The position numbers and the translations under genes are program-made. A DNA stretch of 64,000 bases from Candidatus Poribacteria bacterium. Its GTDB lineage: Bacteria; Poribacteria; WGA-4E; WGA-3G. Of this stretch, positions 44,149 to 53,770 are shown in pieces (within the stretch, counting starts at the first letter, position 1; each line of letters opens with the position of its first letter). The DNA lies in assembly GCA_965214095.1 (NCBI GenBank), contig OZ243938.1, positions 700,908-764,907 on the forward strand. The letters run 5' to 3'. A model generated the notes under the pieces. The model was not told the origin of the DNA and did no database searches. It saw only the letters and a list, made by a program, of their open reading frames with translations.

Positions 44149-45300
44149 ATGAAAACATACCGGATAGCAATATTGGGTTGTAGAGGAAGGGGAACTGCTG
44201 CAGCACGAGCATATCATGCACACCCACGAACACAGATAGTCGGACTCTGCGATCTAATTTCGGAAAGATACAACACATTAGGCGAAGAACTCAACGTCTC
44301 AGCACGTTTTACTGACCTTGATGAGATGATTGAGCAGACCTCACCAGACATCGTAGCGATTCCTACAGCAACTGAGTTACACTACGATTTATGTATGCGT
44401 GTTTTAGAACACGGTGTCAACATTGAAGTTGAAAAGCCGATGTGTGTTGATCTCAATCAAGCAGATGAAATAATTGCGAAAGCAGAAGAAAAAGGCGTTC
44501 AGGTTGCTGTGCATCATCAAGGCAGAGTTGGCGCGTCAATGCAAGCAATTGCCCGCGCATACAATGCCGGAAAGATCGGCAATTTACGATATATTTACGG
44601 TAGTGGTAAAGGCTATTACGGTGGGTATGGCTTGATGAATATCGGCACACACATGCTCAACAACATGCTTCATTTTGGAAAACGTTGTAATAGTGTTGTC
44701 GCACATCTCACGACAGGTGGAAAATCGATTACACCCGAGGACGTTGCCCCATCGCCAAGCGGTATGGGAACTATCGCAGGTGAATTCATCACCGCAACAA
44801 TGCAATATGAAGGCAATGTTACTGGAACATTATTACAGCACCGTTTTGATAAAATGGATACGAATGCCTACACAATGGAACTTTTTGGCACTGAAGGAAG
44901 ACTATTCTGGAGAATGGGTGGTGCATATTATTTACCAACACCACACTATCTGCCTGATGGCAACAATGACAAATGGGAATCGTTAGAATTAATGTTTCCC
45001 GAACATTACAATCCGAACAGCAGTGCGTCTGAAATGGATTACTGGTTTGTTGAGGATTATGTTAATGCTTTGGATGAAGGTAGGCCGCATGTGTGTAGTG
45101 GTCATGAGGGAAGACACGTCATTGAAATGATGATGGGTATTTTTGAATCAGCTGCTTACGGTAAGCGGGTAACTTTACCGCAGACTGATCGTACACATCC
45201 GTTACTACGGTGGCGTGCGGAAAATGGATTAAATCCGCCTGAAGATATGCCGCGTGGATACGGTGAATGGTTAACGCAGGAAATCAAACGGATCAGTTAA
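44149..45300 (+). CDS. Gfo/Idh/MocA family oxidoreductase
   Basis: YRIAILGCRGRG Rossmann start and the VEKPMC motif. Confidence 0.7.
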   Translation: MKTYRIAILGCRGRGTAAARAYHAHPRTQIVGLCDLISERYNTLGEELNVSARFTDLDEMIEQTSPDIVAIPTATELHYDLCMRVLEHGVNIEVEKPMCVDLNQADEIIAKAEEKGVQVAVHHQGRVGASMQAIARAYNAGKIGNLRYIYGSGKGYYGGYGLMNIGTHMLNNMLHFGKRCNSVVAHLTTGGKSITPEDVAPSPSGMGTIAGEFITATMQYEGNVTGTLLQHRFDKMDTNAYTMELFGTEGRLFWRMGGAYYLPTPHYLPDGNNDKWESLELMFPEHYNPNSSASEMDYWFVEDYVNALDEGRPHVCSGHEGRHVIEMMMGIFESAAYGKRVTLPQTDRTHPLLRWRAENGLNPPEDMPRGYGEWLTQEIKRIS

Positions 45301-45301
45301 C

Positions 45302-46294
45302 TCAATCTTGCATTATCTTTGCCATAATCGCGTTCGTTTCTAAACCCAATTCACCAGTGCATCGGACAGGTTCACCAGTCTTAATATGATTAACAAAATC
45401 TTGGACAAGTCCAGTATGCGTATGCGGTAAAGGTGTTTGAGATAACGCCTTCACACCATCAGATTTTGTTTCAAGTGTCAGACTCCCAGAATTCAAAGGT
45501 GAACACCTTAGATAACCTTTTGTGCCATATACCTCAATATCGTCAATACCAACACCTACATTCCAATTGATATTCGCAGCGGCATGTGCACCACTTTCAA
45601 AACGGAGGGTAAACACAGCAGAATCGTCAACGGCAGCATCTAAGTGCACAGTTTCAGCATATCCTTTTACTGACGCTACATCTCCCATCAGATACTGCAA
45701 TAGACTGATACGATGACTACCAATATCCATCAACACCCCGCCGCCGCTTATCTCAGGATTGATACGCCAATTCTTCAAGTCTTGACGATTTGGGTTATAG
45801 TAACCGGTGCAGTTGATACGAGCAAGCACCACATCACCAATTACACCATCATTCATCAAGGCTTTCATTTTCTCTACATTCGGATAGTGATTACGGTAGT
45901 AGGCAAGCATCAAGGTAACACCTGCATCACGGCATGCATCCACCATCTGTTGACACTCGCTAACAGACAATGCCATCGGTTTTTCACAGAGTATATGTTT
46001 ACCAGCGCGTGCGGCACGGATCGTCTGTTCACAGTGGACATGTGGCGGGGTTGCAATGTAAATCGCATTGATTTCATCATCTGAAAGGAGTTTTTCTACA
46101 TCTGTATAGACGCGTTTTGCACCGTGTCTTTCAGCGAAATCTTCTGCTTTTGCTTGATCACGCCGCATCACTGCGATGAGTTCTGAATCCTCAACGGAAT
46201 AGAGTGGTGGACCGCCTTTATGTTCGGCGACATTTCCGCAGCCGAGTATACCCCATCTGAGTATTGCCATGATTTGTAATCCTTTCTGATTCAC
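45302..46294 (-). CDS. Gfo/Idh/MocA family oxidoreductase
   Basis: WGILGCGNVA Rossmann start and HILCEKPMA. Confidence 0.75.
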   Translation of the reverse strand: MNQKGLQIMAILRWGILGCGNVAEHKGGPPLYSVEDSELIAVMRRDQAKAEDFAERHGAKRVYTDVEKLLSDDEINAIYIATPPHVHCEQTIRAARAGKHILCEKPMALSVSECQQMVDACRDAGVTLMLAYYRNHYPNVEKMKALMNDGVIGDVVLARINCTGYYNPNRQDLKNWRINPEISGGGVLMDIGSHRISLLQYLMGDVASVKGYAETVHLDAAVDDSAVFTLRFESGAHAAANINWNVGVGIDDIEVYGTKGYLRCSPLNSGSLTLETKSDGVKALSQTPLPHTHTGLVQDFVNHIKTGEPVRCTGELGLETNAIMAKIMQD

Positions 46295-46318
46295 ATCGTT
46301 TTATGGAAAAGGAGAATT

Positions 46319-46717
46319 ATGATGAATAACGATATTACACTTGAGAAAATCTACCCATTTTTCATCGTTGACAACCTTGCAGAATCTATTGACTTCTACA
46401 ACAGCAAACTCGGCTTTCAGACAGATTTACTTGTGCCTGAAGAAGACCCATTTTTCGGTATAGTGGCTCGCGATAACGTCAGGATTCTGCTGAAACAGAT
46501 AACAGAGTATATCCATTCAGTGCCAAACCACACGCGGCATGAGTGGGCACGATGGGATGCATATATTTATACGTCAAATCCTGATGGTCTCTATGCAGAG
46601 TATCAGTCTCGTGGATTAGAATTCCATGAACCACTTGCGGATACAAGCGATGGCTTACGTGCTTTTGAGTTAAAGGATCATGACGGATATGTGCTGTGTT
46701 TTGCTAAGCCGATATAA
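46319..46717 (+). CDS. VOC (glyoxalase/bleomycin-resistance) family protein
   Basis: 132 aa. FFIVDNLAESIDFYNSKLGF...FELKDHDGYVLCF fits the paired beta-alpha-beta-beta-beta VOC pattern. Confidence 0.6.
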   Translation: MMNNDITLEKIYPFFIVDNLAESIDFYNSKLGFQTDLLVPEEDPFFGIVARDNVRILLKQITEYIHSVPNHTRHEWARWDAYIYTSNPDGLYAEYQSRGLEFHEPLADTSDGLRAFELKDHDGYVLCFAKPI

Positions 46718-46734
46718 TTCAATTTGTGGTACTA

Positions 46735-47871
46735 TCACTCCCCACCAACCTTCAGCTCCTTAGCCAAATCCAAAGCCATATCCATATCCTTCTTCCATCC
46801 ATCCATATCCCCAAGTGCGCGTTTCGCAGTACCACGATTAATATAAGCATCAACATATTTTGGATCAAGTCGGATCGCCTCATCATGGTCAACAACTGCC
46901 TCCTGATGCCGTCCAAGTGCTCCCTTTGACACCCCACGATGTGTATATGCCACTGGAGAATTCGAATCCAATCGGATCGCCTCATCAAAGTCAGATATCG
47001 CTGCCTCATGCTGATTTAGAGAACGATTCGCAGTGCCACGATTGATGTATGCCTCAACAAAATTCGGATTCAGTCGGATCGCTTCACTGTAGTCAGCAAT
47101 TGCCTCCTCAAGATTACCAAGTGAACTTTTCACTGCACCACGACTGGTATAAGCATCCGCGAAATTCGGCATCAATTCAATTGACTGATCATAAGCAGAA
47201 ACAGCCTGATCATTCTCATTTAGTTGCGTATGGAGAAAGCCTATTGAAAAGAAAGCACGCGCAACCAACTCATTATTGACACCTTGTGCTGTGTTTGCGA
47301 TAGAACGCCATTTCTCAATAGCATCTGCGAGTTCCCCCTCCTTCTGAAGTCTATACGCTTCAATGATTGCCTTGTCCTCAAGAGAAATTATTGGATTATT
47401 TAATATATCTTCAATCGTTGATTGAAGAATGGCAACTTTATTTGGATTTGTGAAATCTTTACTTGTTAACTTTGCTACAATTCCTTTGACTTTGGTATGA
47501 TGTTCCTTGATTTCCTTGAGATATTTTCCCGCTTCAGATGCTTGCGTTGCAGCGTCAGATGAATGTTGTTCTGCTGCCTTCACGTGTATTAACATTTGTG
47601 ATTGTAAATCCCCAAACCGATCATAAACAAAATATGCAGCAATCCCAGTTATGACAGGAATGAGTATTGTGAAGAATACCAGCACTACACATATAAATCC
47701 CAACCATCTGTTGATAGATTTCGACTGGGAATCCAAATATTCACTCCGTAAGTCATTAAATCGCTGCTGTATTGATGTATATGCATCTGGTTCTTCATCC
47801 ATCTCGTTTGACTCTTGCTCAATTGTTTGTTCAGTTTCTTCAACTGATTCATCAGCTGTATTATCTTTCAT
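46735..47871 (-). CDS. Membrane-anchored TPR repeat protein
   Basis: Acidic N-terminus and one TM helix, then at least five TPR units (AIRLNPNFVEAYINRGTA, AIRLDSNSPVAYTHRGVS, AIRLDPKYVDAYINRGTA and others). Confidence 0.8.
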   Translation of the reverse strand: MKDNTADESVEETEQTIEQESNEMDEEPDAYTSIQQRFNDLRSEYLDSQSKSINRWLGFICVVLVFFTILIPVITGIAAYFVYDRFGDLQSQMLIHVKAAEQHSSDAATQASEAGKYLKEIKEHHTKVKGIVAKLTSKDFTNPNKVAILQSTIEDILNNPIISLEDKAIIEAYRLQKEGELADAIEKWRSIANTAQGVNNELVARAFFSIGFLHTQLNENDQAVSAYDQSIELMPNFADAYTSRGAVKSSLGNLEEAIADYSEAIRLNPNFVEAYINRGTANRSLNQHEAAISDFDEAIRLDSNSPVAYTHRGVSKGALGRHQEAVVDHDEAIRLDPKYVDAYINRGTAKRALGDMDGWKKDMDMALDLAKELKVGGE

Positions 47872-48127
47872 TATTGACCACCTTTCTTCATAAGAATTTT
47901 TCTTTTCTAAAGATATAGATATTTTCTCAATATTAATTGATTATTTGACAGAATGTAAATTCACCAATTATCACATTTGGATTCTATCACATCCGTATGT
48001 TTAGGTCAAATATATTATCCATCAGCCGGGGGTATTTAGTCTTAAGAATACCTAATCATTAATGTTACCCTAAAGTTAAGAGACTGGATCGAACTCATCA
48101 TTGAATTTAGTGGGTTTATTGATTCTT

Positions 48128-48286
48128 GTCTGAACAAGGATTTGCAGGATGGACAGATGGACAGGATAAGCGTCTGAAACATCAAAGTGCCATCCAGAAA
48201 ATAAACATCAAACTGTCAATAGGGACTTAGCAGAGCCAAACTCATAATCCTGAAAATCTACTAATCCTGCAAATCCTGGTTCAGAC
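48128..48286. repeat. Intergenic inverted-repeat element (22-bp arms, 21/22 match, ~115-bp spacer)
   Basis: GTCTGAACAAGGATTTGCAGGA (48128-48149) pairs with TCCTGCAAATCCTGGTTCAGAC (48265-48286). Confidence 0.7.
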
Positions 48287-48418
48287 AAAAATAAGAAATT
48301 CCAATAAATTCACAAAACCAAAATAAAAATTTGACAACAGCAATCATATACGGTAACATATCAACACGGGACATTTCAAAAGCACAAATTCAGAATATGT
48401 AGGAGAGAATATTCTTCA

Positions 48419-49237
48419 ATGCCAATTAAGGACGCATTACCAGATCTCAATCGGGAACTAAAGTTCTTTCCAGCTGAAAACGAATTTCCATCAACATTAA
48501 CAACAGAGCAGATCCAACATTTTAATGATTACGGCTTTCTATCTCCATTAGATGTATACTCCGATGACGAAATATCACAACATCGTGAGTATTTCAACAA
48601 ACTGATGGATAAAGTCTTAGCAGAAGGTGGAAACAGTTATTCCATTAACGGATGGCATACGCGCTGTGCAGGAATCCACGATCTTATCACTGAAGACAGA
48701 ATATTAAATCATGTCCAGGACTTACTCGGTGAAAACCTAATTTGTTGGGGTACACACTACTTTTGTAAACTACCCGGTGAAGACAAACAAGTGAGTTGGC
48801 ATCAGGATGCATCCTATTGGCCCCTTTCACCAAGTAAGACTGTCACTGTTTGGTTAGCAATTGATGACGCTTCTGTTGAAAACGGGGCAATGACTGTTAT
48901 ACCGAAATCACACAGACACGGACAGATTGAATTTGAACGGAGTACCGCAGAAGAAAAGAACGTACTAAGTCAAACTGTCATTCAACCGGAACAGTATGGG
49001 GATGATCCTTATCCTTTTGAGATGAAAGCAGGACAAATGTCTCTGCATTCAGACCTATTATTACACGGATCTGAACCAAACACATCAGATCGGAGAAGGT
49101 GTGGTCTGACAATGCGATTTGTTCCGCCAGAAGTCCATGCAGCTAACAATTGGAACCAACGCGCTATAATTGCAAGAGGAAGCGACCCTACTGGACATTG
49201 GGTTCATAACCCACGTCCTGATGACGATACAATATAG
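48419..49237 (+). CDS. PhyH-family Fe(II)/2-oxoglutarate dioxygenase
   Basis: SWHQDASYWPL, LLHGSEPNTSDRRRCGLTMRF. Confidence 0.75.
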   Translation: MPIKDALPDLNRELKFFPAENEFPSTLTTEQIQHFNDYGFLSPLDVYSDDEISQHREYFNKLMDKVLAEGGNSYSINGWHTRCAGIHDLITEDRILNHVQDLLGENLICWGTHYFCKLPGEDKQVSWHQDASYWPLSPSKTVTVWLAIDDASVENGAMTVIPKSHRHGQIEFERSTAEEKNVLSQTVIQPEQYGDDPYPFEMKAGQMSLHSDLLLHGSEPNTSDRRRCGLTMRFVPPEVHAANNWNQRAIIARGSDPTGHWVHNPRPDDDTI

Positions 49238-49293
49238 ATGTTCTGGACCAAAGCAATACAATATCTTAATTCTATGAGTCAAAGAGTTCATTA

Positions 49294-50571
49294 ATGTTCC
49301 CAAAACGTATCATCTATGCCGCCTTTGCAATCGCATTCGCTGCCAGTTTTCTCCTATGTGGATACGAATTTATACGAGCCGTTTCAAAATCATTATTCAT
49401 TGAGGCATATTCAGCAGCAAATCTGCCTTTCGCATGGACTGCAGCAACACCCTGTCTCATACTGTTCCTCTATATATATGGACGTCTACTATCTGCTCAT
49501 GGGGCAACACGTACTTTAGCCATAACTTCTGTTTTGTCAGGTGCTTTGATATTTGCTTGTTATATCAGTCTAATAAACAATATAAAAATTACTGCAGCTT
49601 TTATTGTTATTTTTCGTGAAGTATATATCGTAATAATCATTGAACAGTATTGGTCTTTTGTCAACAGCACACTCACTGAAAAACAAGCAAAAATCATCAA
49701 TGGACCATTTTGTGCGATCGCCTCCGTTGGCTCCGTTGTTGGAGGACTTCTCGTCGGACGATGGGCGGTATCTATGGGAACTGAAACACTGCTTGTCTTC
49801 GCAGCTGCATCACTATTACCCGCTGCATTTTTTGGTGTCATGGCATACAGATTCGCAGGTGAACCAAAACCATCTATTGCTGAAGAAGGTGGACGACGAG
49901 GACATTTAGGTGTAAAAACACTGTTTAGTTCCAGATACCTTATCTTTATCGGTATTCTCATCTTATGCACACAATTAATTTCTACTGTACTTGATTTAAG
50001 ATTCAACTTGTTGATCGAAAAAGAACTGACTGAAACAGATATAAGGACTGCATATTTTGGGAACTTTTATGCTGGTCTCGGTGGTATCTCTGCTGTTTTG
50101 CAACTCATTATTGTACCGATTGCACTCAGTTTTGTCTCGCTGAGAATAATTCATGCGGGGATACCCGTAATACATCTAATAAATGGACTTGTACTAACAC
50201 TCAATCCGTCTCTCCGAACTGGTGGAACAGCATTTCTAACATTTAAAGCACTTGATTATTCACTATTTCGCGCAGGTAAAGAACTTTTTTATATGCCACT
50301 CACCTATGACGAAAGATACCGCGCAAAACAGATAATTGACTCTTTTGGATACCGTTTTGGAAAAGGTGGGAGTTCAGGTGTCATCTCATTAATAAATCTT
50401 GGTCTAAGAGCATTTACACGTAATGTACGATCTGTTCCTGGCGCAGCTTTATCCATAACTGCTATGGTTGCCTCGTGTATATGGGGCGGTGTCGTGTCCA
50501 ATTTGACATTACAATATCAAAAATTAGTACAAACTGATAAAAACCTTGACAATAAGAATCCACTTGTGTAA
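49294..50571 (+). CDS. Polytopic transporter, TLC/NTT (ATP:ADP antiporter)-like
   Basis: About 11-12 hydrophobic helices. FKALDYSLFRAGKELFYMPLTYDERYRAKQIIDSFGYRFGKGGSSG resembles the conserved KY(S/A)LFD..KE(M/L).Y(I/M)PL....K.K.K..ID....R.GK(S/G)GG block of nucleotide transporters. Confidence 0.45.
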   Translation: MFPKRIIYAAFAIAFAASFLLCGYEFIRAVSKSLFIEAYSAANLPFAWTAATPCLILFLYIYGRLLSAHGATRTLAITSVLSGALIFACYISLINNIKITAAFIVIFREVYIVIIIEQYWSFVNSTLTEKQAKIINGPFCAIASVGSVVGGLLVGRWAVSMGTETLLVFAAASLLPAAFFGVMAYRFAGEPKPSIAEEGGRRGHLGVKTLFSSRYLIFIGILILCTQLISTVLDLRFNLLIEKELTETDIRTAYFGNFYAGLGGISAVLQLIIVPIALSFVSLRIIHAGIPVIHLINGLVLTLNPSLRTGGTAFLTFKALDYSLFRAGKELFYMPLTYDERYRAKQIIDSFGYRFGKGGSSGVISLINLGLRAFTRNVRSVPGAALSITAMVASCIWGGVVSNLTLQYQKLVQTDKNLDNKNPLV

Positions 50572-50611
50572 AATATAATATAGTATCAAATGGAAAAGGA
50601 GAACATGGTTC

Positions 50612-51370
50612 ATGCATTTCATTGTGCGAAGAAGTTGGAAGTTACATTTTCTGAACTTATGTCTACTTATTCTGACTGGTATCATGTTATTTGGGTGTGC
50701 TGTAGCACCACAACCGTCTGTAGACATTTTTTTTGAAGCGGTTGAAGGACAGGCAAACTCAAAAATTGATCCTGAAACGGGTGCTGTCACCACTGTTCAG
50801 AAAGGTGTAGCTGTTATAATTGAACCACTGGATGAAGTAGAAATATACGCATTAACCGATAATCCTCATATTAATCCGTATGTGGTTGTTGACAGAGGCG
50901 GAAATGTTGAACCAATTTACACGATCTTTGATGTAACCGTCCTGAACATTGATACGCCACGCGTATTAGTGGATGAATCCGCTACACTCATTGACAAGAA
51001 TGGTGCACAATATGCAAACCTACCTTATACATTCTTTAAAGACCTATACGAAAATATCAATAAATCTGAATACAACACCGACCAACACTCAAGATATCCG
51101 CACTACTATTCCCATTATCCGAGATACCATTCATACTTAGATGTTGAATCTCTGGAAGAAGGACATGCAATTGTGGCGGAAACTCTTTTTGAAAGTGGTA
51201 AGTTGTTCAAGGGGGCAAAGAAACGTGGACTCCTTATCTTTGATCGTCTTCACAACGATACAACTGATTTAAGGATTATAGTTACCGATATTCATGTAGT
51301 AGACTCAGATGGAAAACAGGAAAAATTGAAATTTAAATTCGACTTTAGACAGGTCGTCGCAGAAAATTAA
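50612..51370 (+). CDS. Hypothetical lipoprotein
   Basis: Signal peptide with lipobox MLFGC. No known motif. Confidence 0.5.
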   Translation: MHFIVRRSWKLHFLNLCLLILTGIMLFGCAVAPQPSVDIFFEAVEGQANSKIDPETGAVTTVQKGVAVIIEPLDEVEIYALTDNPHINPYVVVDRGGNVEPIYTIFDVTVLNIDTPRVLVDESATLIDKNGAQYANLPYTFFKDLYENINKSEYNTDQHSRYPHYYSHYPRYHSYLDVESLEEGHAIVAETLFESGKLFKGAKKRGLLIFDRLHNDTTDLRIIVTDIHVVDSDGKQEKLKFKFDFRQVVAEN

Positions 51371-51386
51371 AGGGAGTTTATGTAAG

Positions 51387-52604
51387 ATGAGAAATTGGCT
51401 TGTTGGATTGCTGATAGTGGGACTTTTATCCTTTTGGGGATGTCAACCTCCAGACAAGAAAACTGAAGTAAGTTCAGATGCAACTGAAGCATCATCTGAA
51501 CAGGTGAAAGTTGCAGTCGCAGGACCTTTTACAGGTACTGCTGCAGCATTCGGTGAAATGATTAGAAGGGGTGCTGAACTCAAAGCAAAACAGATTAATG
51601 AAGCTGGCGGAATCAATGGAAGGGAATTGATCCTTGCTTTTGGTGACGATGCTGGCACAGAAAAGGAAGCGAAAAGTGTTGCTACAAGGTTCGCTACGGA
51701 TAAACAAATTCTGGCTGTCGTTGGGCATTTTAACAGTTCATGTTCATTGGCAGGGAAAGAAATCTATAAAGCTAATGGCATCGTTGAGTTGTCACCCGGA
51801 TCTACCAATGTAAGCGTGTGTGAAGGTAGTGACTGGACATTTCGAAATCTTTATAGAGACGATTTTCAAGGGATGTTCATTGCAAGATACATCAGTCAAG
51901 TGCTATCCGATTATAAAGCCGTTGCTGTACTATTTGATAACGATGATTACGGCAGAGGTTTAAGAGATGCGTTCACAGCAGAAGCGAAGAAGATTAATCT
52001 TGATGTGGTAACATCTGTTGCTTATGATCGAGAAAATACGGATTTTAGTACACAGTTGACCAGTATTAAAGGCAAGAAACCCGATATTATATTTATTTCT
52101 GGTTTATATGAACAGGCAGCCTTAATAGTAAAACAAGCACGTCGACTCGGGGTCAAAGCACAATTCTTTGGGGCTGATGGTATTGATTCACCTAATTTTA
52201 TAAAAAATGCTGGCATTTCTGCTGATGGCACATATTTGACTACACCCTTTACGTTTGGTGCGGGTGGTGAAGAAGCAGCGAATGTTGCAGCAGCATTTGA
52301 AGCAGAATTCAAGGTGCCACCAGATACCTGGGCGGCATTAACCTACGATGCAATGGGTATGATTGCCGAAGCAATCGAAAAAACTTATAACAAGGATGCA
52401 ACCCTTGCAGAAAATCGGAAAGCAATACGAGATCATTTAGCATCAATAGATACTCCTGAAGAAGGGTATAAAGGTATTACGGGCTTGACCTATTTTGATA
52501 TCAATGGAGATACAGTTAATAAACCGGCCTATGTAAAATTAGTAATAGATGGTAAGTATACAACCGCACCTGAGCAAATGCTAGATTTAGACGCATTTAA
52601 ATAA
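51387..52604 (+). CDS. Branched-chain amino acid ABC transporter substrate-binding protein (LivK/LivJ-like)
   Basis: Lipobox SFWGC. VKVAVAGPFTGTAAAFGE...GGINGRELIL...VVGHFNSS is the typical type I periplasmic binding-protein pattern. Confidence 0.8.
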   Translation: MRNWLVGLLIVGLLSFWGCQPPDKKTEVSSDATEASSEQVKVAVAGPFTGTAAAFGEMIRRGAELKAKQINEAGGINGRELILAFGDDAGTEKEAKSVATRFATDKQILAVVGHFNSSCSLAGKEIYKANGIVELSPGSTNVSVCEGSDWTFRNLYRDDFQGMFIARYISQVLSDYKAVAVLFDNDDYGRGLRDAFTAEAKKINLDVVTSVAYDRENTDFSTQLTSIKGKKPDIIFISGLYEQAALIVKQARRLGVKAQFFGADGIDSPNFIKNAGISADGTYLTTPFTFGAGGEEAANVAAAFEAEFKVPPDTWAALTYDAMGMIAEAIEKTYNKDATLAENRKAIRDHLASIDTPEEGYKGITGLTYFDINGDTVNKPAYVKLVIDGKYTTAPEQMLDLDAFK

Positions 52605-52687
52605 TGACTATCAACTAATGTGTAAGCATACACATTGGGAAACTTATTAAAATCTAATTATTGCGACACAATGTGAGAAAATAGATT

Positions 52688-53719
52688 ATGGAGCAATTTT
52701 TCCAGCAGCTGATAAACGGTCTTGTGCTTGGTGGAATTTATGCACTCATCGCTGTTGGATATACCATGGTATATGGTATTATCCAATTGATAAATTTCGC
52801 TCACGGTGAAATTTTCATGTTAGGTGCATACATCGCATTTACGTTGGTCACCTTTTTTCCGATACCAATTTGGGTTGCAATACTTGCTGGTATGGTATTT
52901 TGTGCTGGTGTGGGCATGCTCATGGATTATGTTGCCTACAAGCCACTGAGAAATGCCCCCAGACTGTCAGCACTCATCACTGCAATCGGTGTATCAATCG
53001 GATTACAAAACCTTGTCCGTATGATATGGGGTGCAAACCCACAAACTTTTTCTGAAGCCTCTTTACCAAAATTCTTTCAACAACTCAACCCATTAGTTGA
53101 ACCTACATCACCCTTTTCCTTTCTTGGAACATCATTCACTGAAAATGCTATTCAATTTACTGAAAATGTCTCCTTAGCTTACCTTGATCTGACTATCATC
53201 ATACTCGCTATTGTTCTGATGGTAGGATTAAACCGTTTAGTTACCCTTACAAAAATAGGTAAAGCTATGCGTGCATGTGCACAGAACAGAGTCGCGGCCA
53301 ATTTGATGGGCATCAAAACCAATCAAGTCATTGCTATTACTTTTGCAATCGGTTCCGCTTTAGGGGCTGTCGCTGGTGTAATGGTTGGTGTTCGCGAAAA
53401 CATAAATCCATTAATGGGTTTTCACAAGGGTGTCGCAGCATTTGCAGCAGCTGTGCTTGGTGGTATTGGGAATATAACAGGGGCAATGGTTGGCGGTTTA
53501 CTCATGGGTCTTGCTGAAGTTTTTGGTGCAGGATATATTGATAAGTTTATTGGGTTGTTTTTTCACATTATCGGGCTTGGTGAATTTTATGATGCTGAAA
53601 ATATATCACATAGTTATGGATCAGGCTATCGAATAGCAATTTCATATATCGTTATGATAATTGTCATTTTAATTCGTCCTACAGGACTCTTTGGTAAATC
53701 CTCTGCACATCGCGCATAA
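52688..53719 (+). CDS. Branched-chain amino acid ABC transporter permease (LivH-like)
   Basis: FFQQLINGLVLGGIYALIAVGYTMVYGIIQLINFAHGE is the characteristic LivH N-terminus. Confidence 0.85.
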   Translation: MEQFFQQLINGLVLGGIYALIAVGYTMVYGIIQLINFAHGEIFMLGAYIAFTLVTFFPIPIWVAILAGMVFCAGVGMLMDYVAYKPLRNAPRLSALITAIGVSIGLQNLVRMIWGANPQTFSEASLPKFFQQLNPLVEPTSPFSFLGTSFTENAIQFTENVSLAYLDLTIIILAIVLMVGLNRLVTLTKIGKAMRACAQNRVAANLMGIKTNQVIAITFAIGSALGAVAGVMVGVRENINPLMGFHKGVAAFAAAVLGGIGNITGAMVGGLLMGLAEVFGAGYIDKFIGLFFHIIGLGEFYDAENISHSYGSGYRIAISYIVMIIVILIRPTGLFGKSSAHRA

Positions 53720-53770
53720 ATCAATTTTGTCTGAGAATGAAGGATCAACACAGTTTTCAACGGTATAAAT

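Noticed and set aside
40213-46717. The cluster of three Gfo/Idh/MocA oxidoreductases, a Zn-dehydrogenase and a VOC protein as a novel pathway.
   Set aside because: The genes are on mixed strands and interspersed with unrelated genes (DUF58, a lipoprotein). Such oxidoreductase-rich regions are common in sugar or inositol-scavenging bacteria, and no specific evidence points to a new system.
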